A stretch of DNA of 63,833 nt, filler included, from Octopus bimaculoides (Eukaryota), in assembly GCF_001194135.2 (NCBI RefSeq). It is 5 parts of 5 records of this genome, joined end to end, with 100 filler letters (N's around TTAATTAATTAA, not from the genome) between each part and the next. Parts side by side here need not be neighbours in the genome. Positions count along the whole stretch, not along the records: positions 11,162 to 22,728 come from NC_068985.1; positions 22,829 to 27,742 come from NC_068988.1; 3 more parts are not named here. The stretch is one strand, 5' to 3'. The position numbers and the translations under genes were made by a program. The notes beneath the pieces were generated by a model. That model was not told where the DNA came from. It made no database searches and was given only the letters and a program-made list of their open reading frames with translations. This document shows positions 13,391-27,224 of the stretch, one piece after another. Positions within the stretch are counted from its first letter, which is position 1, and the number at the start of each line of letters is the position of its first letter.

Positions 13391-15011
13391 AAAGTGTTGG
13401 TCTTGGTTATTGTTAATTATTTTAGAGTGAACATTGGTTATTTCATAAGACATTTATTAACAATAGTTTTATGGTAATGATTTTCTAGAAGGCCCAGAGA
13501 AGCAGCAGAAATTCACTAATTTATATTTCATGACTAGTAATGCATGTGTCAAAGGTCAAGATATAGCTTCTCATCAACCAAGTTCTCTTATCTCTAACTA
13601 TGTATTGTTTGTGGTATAATTCACTGTTGTTACCATTGGCAGTACCACAGTGAATGAGGTAGATTGGCAGGATCATTAGTGGGTTGGATAAAATGCTTTG
13701 CACAGGTTGTGCGGTTGTTAAGACGTTTGCTTCTTAATCATATGGTTTCTGGTGGTTCAGTCCTACTATATGGAATCTTGGTTAAGTGTCATCTACTATA
13801 AACTTAGTGGGTGGATCTGGAAGATGTAAACTGAAAGAAAGCTCATCATATATATATGGAGGGAGGGAGGGATATCAAGGCTTTTCCCCTCTCTCTTTAT
13901 GCATATATGTCTTCTTTTTTGTGTTCATTAACTAATACACACACTCACACATAAATGCTTGCTTTTATGTTCAGTTATAATAAAAACAATTTTACATTAA
14001 TCTAAAGGGTTATTCCATTATTTCATATTGTACAAGTGTGTTATTCTTTAACAAGAATAATATTGACAGTGACTTCAAAGTTTCATAAACCATGTGAGTC
14101 AGTGCATTATCATCCCAAAGATTTGCTTACATCAGAGAATAATGTCTATACCATACAGTGGTCATAATCAGCCAAAATACTCAGATAATCCTTGGTGCTA
14201 ACTCTGCCATGTAGAACAACTAAAGAGCCAAGTGAATTCTATGATGCGACTATTCAAATCATCATAGAGCCACCTTCATGCTTCAATGTAGAGGTTAAGG
14301 GCTTCTTGGACTGTTTCCAGATATTTGCTCACCCAAAGTGGGGAAAAAGGGAGACTGATGACACATCAGAGATAACATGGTTGATTGAGACTTTGATTAC
14401 TTTTTTCTACTTATCAGTATTAATGAGAGACAGGGAGGTTTAGCAATTACATCCCTTCCATAGTATCCGACTGTATGGAGTTCACAGTGAATGGTTTTGT
14501 TTGATAGAGTTGGCAAGGTGGTGGTTTAGCTCTGCCCTCACTTTAGCTGCCATAGTTTAATTGTTTTTAGACCCAGTACATTTCACTAGTTTGTGGTTCC
14601 TCTCTCTGTGCTTTGCTTTCCATCTAGAATGATGTTTGCCAGAGCTGGTTTTATTTTGGTTTTGGAATATGCCAACAGGATTTTAGAGGCTGTACATTTT
14701 GAAACATTAAGCTCCAGCCATCTGCACTATGACAATTTGTCCTCATTGGGAATCAGACAGCTTGTGTATTTTAACTTTGCAGCTAAAATATCTGGAATAA
14801 AAGAAAAACAGCAGACTATATCATGAAGTAAAAGTTATATACGTAATGCATATGAACAGATATACAGACTAGAACAGTTTTGAATTTGTCATATTGCCTG
14901 AAGAAAAACTAGTTAAGTAAAAAGTGATGTTTCCATTAATTTGTCCGGCCCCTGCATATACTTGTATATGCTCACACACATGTATACTTATAATCATTCT
15001 TTCTATTTCAG

Positions 15012-15140
15012 ATACAAAAAAGAAGAAAGTTAAGAAGGGAAAATACCATTTTGTTATTGACAAAGATTATCTTGCTTCTAAACACCATATTAGTACTGTG
15101 GCTGGGGTTGTTCTCTTGCCAGACTTCAATGAATTGATTT
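15012..15140 (+). CDS. METTL13: METTL13 exon: DTKKKKVKKGKYHFVIDKDYLASKHHISTVAGVVLLPDFNELI
   Basis: tttcag| acceptor and |gtaagt donor; phase 1-1. The Lys-rich stretch and IDKDYL..HH...AG match IDKSYLCCEHHKAMIAG. Confidence 0.9.
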
Positions 15141-15333
15141 GTAAGTGTAATTGTTAATTTGGTAAATTCAAACAGTAAATGTTAGCATTGTATTAAAATT
15201 CCTTGTGCAGTTGACCACTGTAAGATAAGTTTTGTGTGTTGTGTGGAGAGGCAAAATCTGACATCACTTGTTAGGGTTCTTGTTATATAAAGTAAGAAAT
15301 ACATTAAATTAAGAATGATATATATGTTCGTTC

Positions 15334-15713
15334 GTTGGCACTCCGTCGCTTACGATGTCGAGGGTTCCCAGTCAATCCGATCAACGGAACAGCCTGCTCT
15401 TGAAATTAACGTGCAAGTGGCTGAGCACTCCACAGACACATGTACCCTTAACGTAGTTCTCAGGGATATTCAGCATGACACAGTGTGACAAGGCTGACCC
15501 TTTGAATTACAAGCGCAACAGAAACAGGAAGTAAGAGTGAGAGAAAGTTGTGGTGAAAGAGTACAGCAGGGTTCGCCACCATCCCCTGCCGGAGCCTCGT
15601 GGAGTTTTAGGTATTTTCGCTCAATAAACACTCACAACGCCCGGTCTGGGAATCGAAACCGTGACCCTATGACCGCGAGTCTGCTTCCCTAACCGCTGGG
15701 CCATTGCGCCTCC
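15334..15713 (-). mobile_element. tRNA-derived SINE family B, full length
   Basis: Minus strand: ggaggcgcaatggcccagcggttaggg...ggtttcgattcccagaccgggcg...cgacggagtgccaac; close match to 30660-31028 and 35436-35813. Confidence 0.9.
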
Positions 15714-16766
15714 ACTATATATATGTGTATATAATTATATTAAGGGAGCAAGGGCGAAAAAAAAGACAACCTATCTTCAACATGCTTGAATGCCTCTGCA
15801 TTCAGATGCTGAATGCCTGCCAAGGCATTCAGATACTGAATACCTCTGCATCCAAGCATGTTGGAGACAGGTCATTTTTTTTTTTTCGCCCTTGCTCCCT
15901 TGATATAATTATATACATATATATATATATATATAATTATTAATTTAATGTATAGATTACCTATAAATTTTTATTGCATATTGACTACCTGATAAAAATC
16001 ATTAACGTGATTTTATCCTTATATTTTAGTATGAATTAATAAATAAAGTAAGAAATAGTAAATTGCTTGGAGGGGTTGAGCCCTTTGATGAAATATATGG
16101 TGGAGTACATGGCTATTTTTTCAATGAAAGAATAATTTTTTGTAGGACAAAAGTTGAAGACCCCTTTTTATTCTTTTACTCGTTTCAGTCATTTGACTGC
16201 GGCCATGCTGGAGCCTCAATCTAAATTATTTTTTTTCTTTTGAAGTGTTCTTGAAATATCATTTTATCTTACCTTTTATCATACACACTTATTTTATTTT
16301 ACAAATTTTAGCGACTGTTTATAAAACATGTTCAGACATGTGTTTTCTTCATAACTTATATATGATAGAAACTGAAAGAAGCCTGTCATTATATATTTAT
16401 ATATATATAATATATCTGTTGGGAGTGTCTTTGTGTCTGTGTTTGTCCCCCTCCACTGCTTGACAACCAGTATTTGTGTATTTACATCCCTGTAACTTAT
16501 CAGTTTGGGAAAAGAGGTTGATAGCATACCTGGTTAAAAAATTATAAGCACTGGGGTCAACTCATTTGGCTAAAAATTCTTCAGAGCAGTGCTCCAGCAT
16601 GGCCACAATCTAATGACTGAAGCAAGCAAAAGATATATATATATATATATATACTTACATACATGCACACACATACACACACACACACACACATTTAGTT
16701 TCAAATTGATATGCAAATAAAAACAAACAGCTCTTAGTTTCATTGAATTTATTTCTTCTTGAACAG

Positions 16767-16843
16767 ATTCTGGATTTCGGGTATTGATGATTGGACTTGG
16801 AGGCGGAGTGTTGGCCAGTTACATCCATCACGTTTTTGAAAAG
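16767..16843 (+). CDS. METTL13: METTL13 exon carrying SAM-binding motif I of the C-terminal MTase domain: YSGFRVLMIGLGGGVLASYIHHVFEK
   Basis: aacag| acceptor and |gtatcc donor; phase 1-0; GLGGG motif I. Confidence 0.92.
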
Positions 16844-16894
16844 GTATCCTCTGTTTCATAGTTACATATATATTAATGCACAAAGCCTTTATGG

Positions 16895-17441
16895 CAGTGG
16901 TTCCCAAACTATGAGTCGCAACCCACTGATGGGTCACGAACGGAATCCTAGTGGGTCGCAAAAAGTTATAAAATTACGCATTAGCTTTGATTGACTGCTG
17001 TCTATCGAGGTAGTTCAAGACCAGACTGGTTGTTTTATCAAACAGTAGGCTCTTTTCACGAACTTAACAAATCAGAGGTGGTCATTTTTTCAAGTTATTT
17101 ATTCGTACGTAATCGTAAAAAGGAAAAGTCTGTTTTTACCTATTTATAGAGAACTTTAACTAGGCGCAGTACAACACTGATTGAGCCAATAACAGTTACT
17201 GCTTCGAGGTTTTGTATTAGAATTAATACCTGCCATAGGGTATGGAGACGTTGAAACAGTTATAAAACGTTTTGTTTCACATTTAATATAAATGAGGCCT
17301 TCTCACAGGCCTCAATGAAAATGTAATCTGAAATAAATTTCTTTCTTTCATTAATGTTTTTACCCAGTAGAGTTAAGTGGGTCGCCATAAACTGGTGTCA
17401 TAAATAGTGGGTCGCATCTCTAAAAAGTTTGGGAACCACTG
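16895..17441. mobile_element. hAT (Charlie-like) non-autonomous MITE, 547 bp, in a METTL13 intron
   Basis: Perfect 16-bp TIRs CAGTGGTTCCCAAACT; 8-bp TSD ctttatgg/ctttaggg (7 of 8 match); subterminal agtgggtcgc repeats. Confidence 0.9.
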
Positions 17442-17547
17442 CTTTAGGGTTTTGATCTCACGATCATAAGATCATGGGCTTGATTCTTCGACTGGGCAGC
17501 ACACTAATCTTAAGCAAGGCACTTCATGTCATGTTACTCTTGTTTAC

Positions 17548-19480
17548 CATCATCATTTAACATCCGTCTTCCATACTGGCATGGGTTGGACAGTTTGACA
17601 GAAGCCAGCCAGGTTGAAAACTACACCAGGCTACTGTATCTGTCTTGGCATGGTTTTTATGGTTGGCTGCCCTTCTAAGTGTCTGTTTTGACATGGTTTT
17701 TACAGCTGGATGCCCTTCCAAATACCAACCACTTCACATTGTGGACTGGATGCTTTTTACGTGGCTCCATCACTGGCAGGTTCGCCAAGTAACTTACAAG
17801 ATAAGGAATTCTGAGAGGGGAGGGGGCATTAGTGGAAGTGTTTTTGTGTCAGATGATGACACTCAGCTGAAAATGAGTTCCACCTGACTGCTAGTGCAGC
17901 CTTCTTTCTCCCTTCAGCTATCACAAATCTCATTATTCCTCTGGGTCATGGCTGAGGGAGCCTAGAGGGGTGAGGGGTACCTGTATCTGCTCACAACTAA
18001 ATAGATACTTAAAGCAGTTAGTGAAAGCATGGAACATGCTAATAGTCATACTTGCTTACAAGTGATAGATATGGTTTGTTTATCATCATCATCGTTTTAA
18101 TATTCACTTTTCCATGCTTACATGATCAGGAGAAATTTGTTGAGACAGATTTTCCACAGCAGGATGCTCTTCCTATTTCCAACCTTTATCTGTTTCCAAG
18201 TAAGTTAAAATTTCCTCATAACCAGTCATGTTTTCATAGAAGATTGGAAATAATACACAGTATCAAAGCAAGCCAGTCCACACTGTAAAGTGGTTGGCAT
18301 TTGGAAGGGCATCTAGCTGTAAAAAACATGTCAAACTAACTTCACTTGTGCTGGTGCCACATAAAAGCACTCAGCCCACTCTGCAGAGTGGTTGGTGCTA
18401 GAAAGGTCATCCAGCCATTAAAAACCTTGCCAAAACAGACACAGAAGTATGGTGCAAGCTTCTGCCTGGCCAGCTCCTGTCAAACCGTCCAACCCATGCC
18501 AGCATGGAAGGAGTACATTAAACGATGATGATGATATACTGTAGGCTTCTTTTAGTTTCTATCTACCAAGTCCACTCAATGCTTTGGTCAGCCCAAGCTA
18601 TAGTAGAAGATACTTGCTCATAGTGGCAAACAGTGGGACTGAACCCACAGACGTGATTGGGAAGCAAATTTCTTACCTCACTGCCATGCCTGTATCTATG
18701 TGTATGTATAAATACATGGAGAAGGGAATTTTGCTTTTGTCTTTAGGATGTTGTTTTCTTTTTAATTCTATCATGATCAAGATGCTTTCCATAAAAATGA
18801 ATGTCCCTTCAAATAAATAAAGCTGGGTAGACTTAGTTGTCAGACAGGGAAAAAAAATGAACTTAGCAGAGTTGTGTGCCTTGCTCTCAGGGATAGACTT
18901 CAATGGCTTCCTGAAAGACTGAATTTATGACTATGTATGGGCAACAACCAAACCCTTTAGGATCACATATTGGACTTAGCTGAAGAGAGAACTGTCTATT
19001 GTTGATGGCTGGTATTTTTTATATAGTTTTATGGTGTTCAACTGCTTACTTACAAACTTATAGCATGTTCCTCCCTAAATTCCACCATTTTCAAGATGAC
19101 TAAATATTTAGCTTAAGCTTTGATTAATGTGATTTGATAAAAATTTGGCTGCTATTTCTAGGTCAAGAATCTACATAGAAATTTTTCAATTACAGATGGC
19201 ATCATCATTTAACATCCATTTTCCATGCTGGCATGGGTTGGACAGTTTGACAGGAGTTAGCAGGGCCAGGAGCAATACCAGGCTTCACTGTCTGCTTTGG
19301 CATGGTTTCTACAGCTGGATGCCCTTTCTAACATCAACCACTTTCTAGAGTGTACTCGGTGCTTTTTAAGTAACATCAGCACCAGTGCTTTTTATATGGC
19401 ACCAGCACCAGTGCTTTTTACATGGTACCAGCACAAGTGCTTTTTCGCAGCACCATCACCAACTGGATCACCAAGTACCT
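17548..19480. mobile_element. Cluster of RTE-tail repeats in both orientations (17548-17790 minus, 18270-18535 plus, 19198-19480 minus) plus a family A fragment (18545-18680 minus)
   Basis: catcatcatttaacatcc...gcatgggttggac (minus) versus gtccaacccatgccagcatggaag...aaacgatgatgatg (plus). Confidence 0.75.
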
Positions 19481-19784
19481 TGCAAGACAAAAACCCCTCA
19501 ACTGAGGTAGGATGGCTTTATGCCATTTAAGAGATTAAAGGTACAGAGACAGGTGTTAAAGAATGTGTGTGTGTGTGATGTCAACACTTATACATGTATA
19601 AAATTCAGGTAATATCACATCTGATGACATAGGTTTATAGATATAAACAGATATAAGCAGTCAAACAACTGATACCAGGTCAGACTGACATTCATTTATT
19701 TAAACATAGACAAAATTTTAGGATAGAAATGAATGTTGCAAGATCACAAGAAGTCAATAAAAGATCTGCTGAGAAACGTTCATA

Positions 19785-20150
19785 GGAGTGGCTGTGTGGT
19801 AAGTAGCTTACTTACCAACCACATTGTTCCGGGTTCAGTCCCACTGCGTGGCACCTTAGGCAAGTGTCTTCTACTATAGCCTCAGGCTGACCAAAGCCTT
19901 GTGAGTGGATTTGGTAGATGGAAACTGAAAGAAGCCTGTCGTAGATATGTATATATGTGTGTGTCTGTGTTTGTCCCCCCAACATCGCTTGACAACCGAT
20001 GCTGGTGTGTTTACGTCCCCATAACTTAGCAGTTCGGCAAAAGAGACCAATAGAATAAGTACTAGGCTTACAAAGAATAAGTCCTGGGGTCGATTTGCTC
20101 GACTGAAGGTGGTGCTCCAGCATGGCCACAGTCAAATGGCTGAAACAAGT
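19785..20150 (+). mobile_element. SINE family A, full length
   Basis: ggagtggctgtgtggtaagtagctt...catggccacagtcaaatggctgaaacaagtaa. Confidence 0.9.
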
Positions 20151-20657
20151 AAGTAAGTAATGGTTGTGATATATGCTGGTATTCTCCTGAAATAGTTATA
20201 AGATAAGTCCATATTGTTGATCTTAAATAGCAGGGAAAGCTGGTCATTGTAGGTGGAATCTAAAGCTGGATGAGGAGGAGGTAGATGTGCAGGTAGTCCC
20301 TTACAGCTGTTTCTGGAATACATCTACAGTTGATGCAATTTCCTGCAAGCAGGCAGCATTTTAGTGGCAATCTATTCTACACAATGACCAGCTTTACCTA
20401 CTATCTGATATCAATAATATGGGCTTATAACTGTTTTGGGAGAATATCAGCATTTATCAGCCATTATGAATGTTCTTCAACTGATCTTTTAGTGACCTCT
20501 TGTTACTTTCATTTCTGCCTTCAAGTTGTGTCAATGTTTTAAGATATATCATAATTTGACCTGATACCAATTGTTTGCCTGCCTACACCTTTATTCTATT
20601 ATGTGTGTGTGTGTGTTATACATATATTAATTCATTCATTTTCTATATTGTTTTAAG

Positions 20658-20793
20658 GCTACTATTGATGTTGTTGAAATTGACCCAGAAATGGTTAAAG
20701 TAGCAACTAAATGGTTTGATTTCAAAGAAGATTCCCGTATGAAGGCTTATGTGGCAGATGGGCTGGACTTCATGAAGCAAAAGGCTGAACAAG
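20658..20793 (+). CDS. METTL13: METTL13 exon (post I and motif II): ATIDVVEIDPEMVKVATKWFDFKEDSRMKAYVADGLDFMKQKAEQ
   Basis: ttttaag| acceptor and |gtcagt donor; phase 0-1; VEIDP, WF and ADGLDF motifs of the spermidine-synthase-like MT13-C domain. Confidence 0.94.
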
Positions 20794-22249
20794 GTCAGTC
20801 TTTTACTTTGTTATATTTTTGTTTGTATGTGTTGCATCTGAAAGTTGCCATTGGATATTTGATGGCCAGTTAGTATTTGTTTTCATCAGTGGATCCAGTC
20901 TATGTCTTGCCAAATGGGGAACTGTCATATTTAACGTTACTCTTTATCTCAGTCAACCCTTTTGATACCAATCTGCCTTAGACCGTCCGCTGTTCAGTGA
21001 TACAAAGTGATCTTAATTCAATTAATTAATCTTCCATCAAAATTTCATGTTATGTTCCAAACACCAGTTTGATAATAATAAAGTTATTTTATTAAATTCT
21101 TCATTATTTACAATATCTATTGACGCAAAAGCAGTTTCTTTCTATAGGAGTATGGTAACAAAAGGATGAAGCAGACTTGTACCTCTATTTCCTGTTGTGT
21201 GTGTGTGTGTGTATGCTTGTGTCTGCATGTGTACCTCTCTGTTTGTGTGTCTCTGTACTTGTATGAATGTTTGTGATCATATATTGTTTCATCATTATAC
21301 TTGACATGTTTTCTGGGTAAAACATCTATATTGTTGTCTTTTCTTTTAAATATTTCAAATCTTTTCTTCTTATAATAGTTCCTCTTCCTTATCTTCTTAT
21401 TTGAGAGATATAGTGATGAAATTTATAACAAAAGTACAGAGCTGATTTCTTAAATATAAGTGTAGTGAGCATATTCATAACGAAAGACCTAATTCACAAC
21501 AGAATCATTGAAGTCTGACACCAATGCACTAGATATTTAGTCATCACACCCAGTCCTTTCTCCCTGGATCTTCCACCCTCTGGAATTCTCTTCTCACCTA
21601 CATTTTTTCCTGAAAATGTGTGTCATAGATGTTCTAACTGAACAGCTGCATTAATTTTCATCAGTTTCAGATGTTTTACTCTCTTCTGCTACTCCTTAAT
21701 TAAAGCCTTCAAAAACTTCAATGGTTTTCATAATCCATTCTTTACTGGTTGATGTGAACATCACCTGCTAGTTTTGTTTCTGAAATACTTTACTCTCGAG
21801 TCAATATAAACTAATTATGTTTGCCTATTTAGTTCTGATCTCCTTGAAATTTAGAGCAGTGCTCCATCACCATTCTCATCTTCTAACATTCTAACACCTG
21901 TCTTCCATGATGAAAGTTTGACAAGGTACCTGAGAATTGTGTCTACTTTGGCACTGTTTTTATGGCTCCTTAATGCCAGCTACTTTACAAAGTGCTCTTT
22001 TTTTGTGGCACTATTGGGGTTATTATACATCCTGTCCAAGATTCCTTTTGATTGTATTTGGCTACAGTAGAGAGAGGGGCAGTTTTGTGCTGGGTGGTGA
22101 AAGGTTGCAGTATGAAGAAAAGAGCTTCTCAGAAATTGAGGTTTGTGCACCCTAAAAATTAATTCAGTACTGCCTGAAATTTAGTTCACTACTTTCTGAA
22201 ATTGTATTTTGAATTTAGTATTTATCAAATTAAGCACTTCGTTTTACAG

Positions 22250-22384
22250 ATGAAATTATTCCATATAATATGATTGTTTTGGACGTGAATCCCAATGAGG
22301 ATTCACCTACTCAGATGTGTCCTCCAAGACCATTCCTTGAAAGTGACAACTTGAAACACATGAAACAGCTTCTTTCACCAAAAG
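22250..22384 (+). CDS. METTL13: METTL13 exon: DEIIPYNMIVLDVNPNEDSPTQMCPPRPFLESDNLKHMKQLLSPK(G)
   Basis: ttttacag| acceptor and |gtaacc donor; phase 1-1. Matches YDVIMFDVDSKD...MSCPPPAFVEQSFLQKVKSILTPEG. Confidence 0.9.
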
Positions 22385-22487
22385 GTAACCTGAAGACAGC
22401 TTTTGTAACTTTGTAATCAACCTTCTATTCTATTTCATTTTTACAGCTTTTCTTCTTCATACATACACACACACAATTATAGATAGA

Positions 22488-22728
22488 TTGTTGGCACTCC
22501 GTCGATTATGACGTCGAGGGTTCCAGTTGATCCGATCAACGGAACAGCCTGCTCGTGAAATTAATGTGCAAATGGCTGAGCACTCCACAGACACGTGTAT
22601 CCTTAATGTAGTTCTTGGGGATATTCAGTGTGACACAGTGTGACAAGGCTGACCCTTTGAAATACAAGCACAACAGAAACAGGAAGTAAGAGTAAGAGAA
22701 AGTTGTGGTGGAAGAGTACAGCAGGGTT
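22488..22728 (-). mobile_element. SINE family B 3' part, cut by a gap
   Basis: gttggcactccgtcg...gagtacagcagggtt followed by an N-run. Confidence 0.88.
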
Positions 22729-23673
22729 NNNNNNNNNNNNNNNNNNNNNNNNNNNNNNNNNNNNNNNNNNNNTTAATTAATTAANNNNNNNNNNNNNNNN
22801 NNNNNNNNNNNNNNNNNNNNNNNNNNNNTATATATACACATATATATATATATATATATGTGTGTATATATAATATATATATAATATATCTGTATTATAT
22901 ATGATAGATAATATATATATATATATGTATATAATATATATAGACACAAGCACACATACACATACACCAACACGCACACACACACACACACACGTATATA
23001 TATATTCATTATATAAAATATACGTGTATATATATTTTGTTAATGAATTAATATTTTCCACCTACAATTTTTTATTTGAATAACTTTAATTTCTGTGTAT
23101 GTTGAAATTAATGCATGAAAAGATGTCAAAAGATTCAAATCAATACAATTCTAAATAGATACACTCTTGAGATTCTTGAAAGCCAATATCGCCTTTATAA
23201 TTGCGTATAAAACTGGGAAACAATTCTAATGCATTAGAAATAAGTTTTAAACGGAATAGCAGTAGTAAAACCTTAACTGCATTATAAAATCGAGTTCACG
23301 AAATCTCCATGGAACTTAGTTACTTAAATATACAATAGTTTTCAATAGTTTTTACATGTATCTATAAAAGTAGGTACGGGTAATTATTGAAATAAGAAGT
23401 TAATTAGTAATGAGAGTAATATTTTTTTGACAACAATAAAACAGACGAATCTATTATGTAACAAATGGTATAATTATGAACAGGGCAAATATTCTTTATA
23501 TATCAAGTATCTCAAATATTCATTTATATCTATATATTAATATTTATATATGTTTATATGAGTGTCTATAGAAATCATGTTTTGCATATGTATATATGAA
23601 CGTATATGCGAGCTTATATATATATATATATATATATGTATATGTATGTATGCGTGTATATTTATGTGTATGT

Positions 23674-23742
<69 letters not shown>

Positions 23743-24255
23743 NNNNNNNNNNNNNNNNNNNNNNNNNNNNNNNNNNNNNNNNNNNNNNNNNNNNNNNNNN
23801 NNNNNNNNNNNNNNNNNNNNNNNNNNNNNNNNNNNNNNNNNNNNNNNNNNNNNNNNNNNNNNNNNNNNNNNNNNNNNNNNNNNNNNNNNNNNNNNNNNNN
23901 NNNNNNNNNNNNNNNNNNNNNNNNNNNNNNNNNNNNNNNNNNNNNNNNNNNNNNNNNNNNNNNNNNNNNNNNNNNNNNNNNNNNNNNNNNNNNNNNNNNN
24001 NNNNNNNNNNNNNNNNNNNNNNNNNNNNNNNNNNNNNNNNNNNNNNNNNNNNNNNNNNNNNNNNNNNNNNNNNNNNNNNNNNNNNNNNNNNNNNNNNNNN
24101 NNNNNNTTTATGTCCCCGTAAACTAGCGGCTCGGCAAAAGAGACCGATTATGTACAAGACTTACAAAGGATAATTCCTGCGACGATTAGTTTGACCATAT
24201 GTGATACTCCCGCATGGCCGCAGGTAAATGACTGAAATAAGCAAAAGAACACACA

Positions 24256-24296
<41 letters not shown>

Positions 24297-26536
24297 ACAC
24301 ACAAACACACATATACGACTAAACGAATAAACATTAAAAATTTCAACTTTACAAAGTCTTTCTAACTTTGTAGATATTGGCATATGTATATTAATCTTGT
24401 GTATATAATATCTCTGCGCATATCAATATTATTATAGAGCATCTTGGGCTCTTCTCCAGCAGAGTCTGAACAAATCTTGAGTTGGTTAAAATGGACACCA
24501 CCAACAATGCGTTCAAGCTAACGAGGCAGTTTAGAGGTAGTCACTGGATTAGCTAAACGTTGCAGCGAAATCTCTTTTAAATCCAACTCCATGAAAAGTA
24601 CTGCAGTGTGGACTGTTTTTCGATTATTGACCAGGATTATATAACATATTTATTTAGTGATATTGATGTATAATTTTTTACATTAATCTACTTTGATATA
24701 ATTCCATCCGTGATCATGCAGTCTTGTTTAGAGACGATGCAACCACAACTATATTATCTCAACAATTCTGTTATCTTAAGAGAATAATCTCTCATTTAAA
24801 TTGGTGTCAAATGGTGGTGCTTCTTCTGTTGTTACCGTAGTTTAATCCCTACCAGCCCTGGGCAAGTAAACTATGATCAAATGCACCCCATCCTTGCCCA
24901 TCCAATCTATTTTCTTTGCGGAAAAATATCTAATATGCCTCACCATATTTAAAGATAATATACAATGATTTGAGGAACACATGCTGCTATTTCTAGTAAC
25001 ATCATTATCTACCTCATTATACGTTTTGTACTGTGAAGAGACTTTCCTTATTCACACATGCGGTTTAAAGTAGCATGGGTGCTATTTCTAGTAAAAGACG
25101 TAACCGTGTTGAGACTTTCATGTTGGTTTTTAAGTCACATACAAGAAATAACACGAGGCATAGCATCCATTTTGGGCTGAAATTACCACCATGTCAGTTC
25201 ATTAGTTTCTCATCTAATGTGTCAATTTCTTAAGACAAAATTGTCACAAAGAACCTCTACCAAATTCCATTGAGTCTCATACAGTCTTCATAGTGGGCAG
25301 TATTTCTGAAAACACAGCATCATAGAGAAGAAGTCATGAACAGTCTAATTTGGATGGTTCACATATTTTGGCTCAAATATAAACAGTTGAAAGACTGAAT
25401 TTATGTACCAGCCAAGTCCTGACGCTAACGAAGTGATACGACCCCTGAAACTATGTTTATTATAAAGCAAAAACTGATAGAGACAATTACTTTCTACCTA
25501 CTTAGGAAGTGTACTTAGTAAGTGATGGTGGGTTAAGGGAAGAGAAAAATGTTAAGATGAGCAAAGCCAGCTCAGTAGGCTAAAGTGTTGGAGTGTGCGA
25601 TTCTGAAACAACACGCATATATCGGTCTAAGGAAGTGGAGAATAATAAAATGGATACTGGTATTATGCATCTTATTATATGGATTAGCGCCTTCGATGAT
25701 GGATTATAGATTAAGAGTTATATTATCTAGAAAGGCAAAACATCTTGGTACTTTCATAATGAGACATCTCTGACTAATCATAAACATAATCTAGAAAGAC
25801 AAGATCAGGAACAATAACATCTTGCAGCCAGTTTTCTTTTTAACTTAAAAGGGATGTTAAATTCATCTGTCCCCATTAATTTTTCTCCTTCCAGCTTCAA
25901 CCTGAAGAAGGACCCTCTCCAAAACGTTGGATTTTGCCTTCTCTACGACGAGATCACTGCACTCTTTTTGTCGATTTTTCTAAATAATAAATGTCTTGCC
26001 GACACAGATCAACACGAGCTTCTTTGGAATCTGTTTGAACCTATCAAAAAAGATTTTAAAAGCCGTGCTTTGTAGCATGGAAGAGATATTAGTGTTGTAA
26101 ACTTATGCCGGTTTGAGCATGTCCGAAGGATCAACAACGGGTTATCCATATGAGAAATCAGAATAAAATCCAGCTGAGATGCAACAATAAAGTTAAACAC
26201 AACTTGAGGAGAATAAACACCGATAATCACAGCTAGGCTACAACAACTACGGATAGAACAAGGAAAGTTTAATGAATATTGATACTAACGCGAGTAATCT
26301 TACCTGTGGGCGCGCGCGTGTGTGTATGTGTGTACATGTGTGTAGATACATCATTTCCCATATCTCTATCTATCTATCTATCTATCTATATCTCTCTCTC
26401 TCCGCACACCAATACAAATCATCAAATCAACCACTGTAATAACAACAATCATGGCCATCTCACACCACCCACCTCTACAACTACCAAACATCTACCAAAC
26501 GTCACTACAAAAATCATCTCAGTCGACGACGGCTCA

Positions 26537-26960
26537 GGCGTGGCTGTGTGGTAAGAAGCTTGCCTCTCAAACACATGATTGTAGGTTCTTCCCATTGCGT
26601 GGCACCTTGGGTTAGTGTATTCTACTACAGCCGTGAGCCGACCAAAAACTTGTGAGTGGATAAATGTTGATGGCTAGAATGATGACAATAATGATAATGG
26701 TGGTGGCCTTCGAAGTAATGGTGAAGATGACGATGATGGTGAAGCCGACGCCGCCGCCGCCGACGACGATGATGATGATGTTGATGGTAATGACGACGAC
26801 GACGATGATGAGGAGGATGATAATGATGATGATGATGATGACGTCCACGAGGATGACAATGATGACGACAACGACGACGAGGACGACGAGGCCGTTGACG
26901 ACGACGAGATGCTGGTGATGATGAAGGTGACAACGAAGTAGATGACGCTAATCGTTACAA
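26537..26960 (+). repeat. SINE family A 5' part followed by a compound (GAC/GAT/GCC)n microsatellite
   Basis: ggcgtggctgtgtggtaagaagcttgcc followed by about 280 bp of gacgacgatgat-type triplets. Confidence 0.8.
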
Positions 26961-27224
26961 TGCTTCTACTGCTGATAAGGAAAGGATGGGGCATTGAAAA
27001 ACCACACCGAACAAAGCATGCCGTAGAATGGTAGATTATTTCATTGCTGATTTTTTTTTTTGTTATTTGTCTCCAGTACAGATCTGCTTGCAAAAAGAAA
27101 AAAAAAAAAAAAAAAAAAAAAAGAACCAAACAAACAGAACAAAATAATAGAACAGTAAAAACTAAAGCAAAAGAAACAAAAATAAATCTAACAAAAGCCA
27201 GCCTTTCTTTTTTTTTTTCATCAG

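Noticed and set aside
23537-24173. Long ORFs of YI/CV/HT dipeptides and X-runs (also 39035-39541, 47087-47477, 58710-59199 and gap-spanning ORFs)
   Set aside because: Artefacts of (TA)n, (CA)n and (TG)n microsatellites and of N gaps lacking stop codons.
25854-26230. Exon-like unique sequence with a strong-looking acceptor (ttttctccttccag at about 25894)
   Set aside because: The phase-1 reading hits TGA immediately, and the other frames on both strands are short with no recognisable homology.
26664-27129. Poly-Met/Thr, poly-His/Arg, poly-Ser and Asp-rich ORFs
   Set aside because: All are translations of a compound (GAC/GAT)n microsatellite trailing a SINE.
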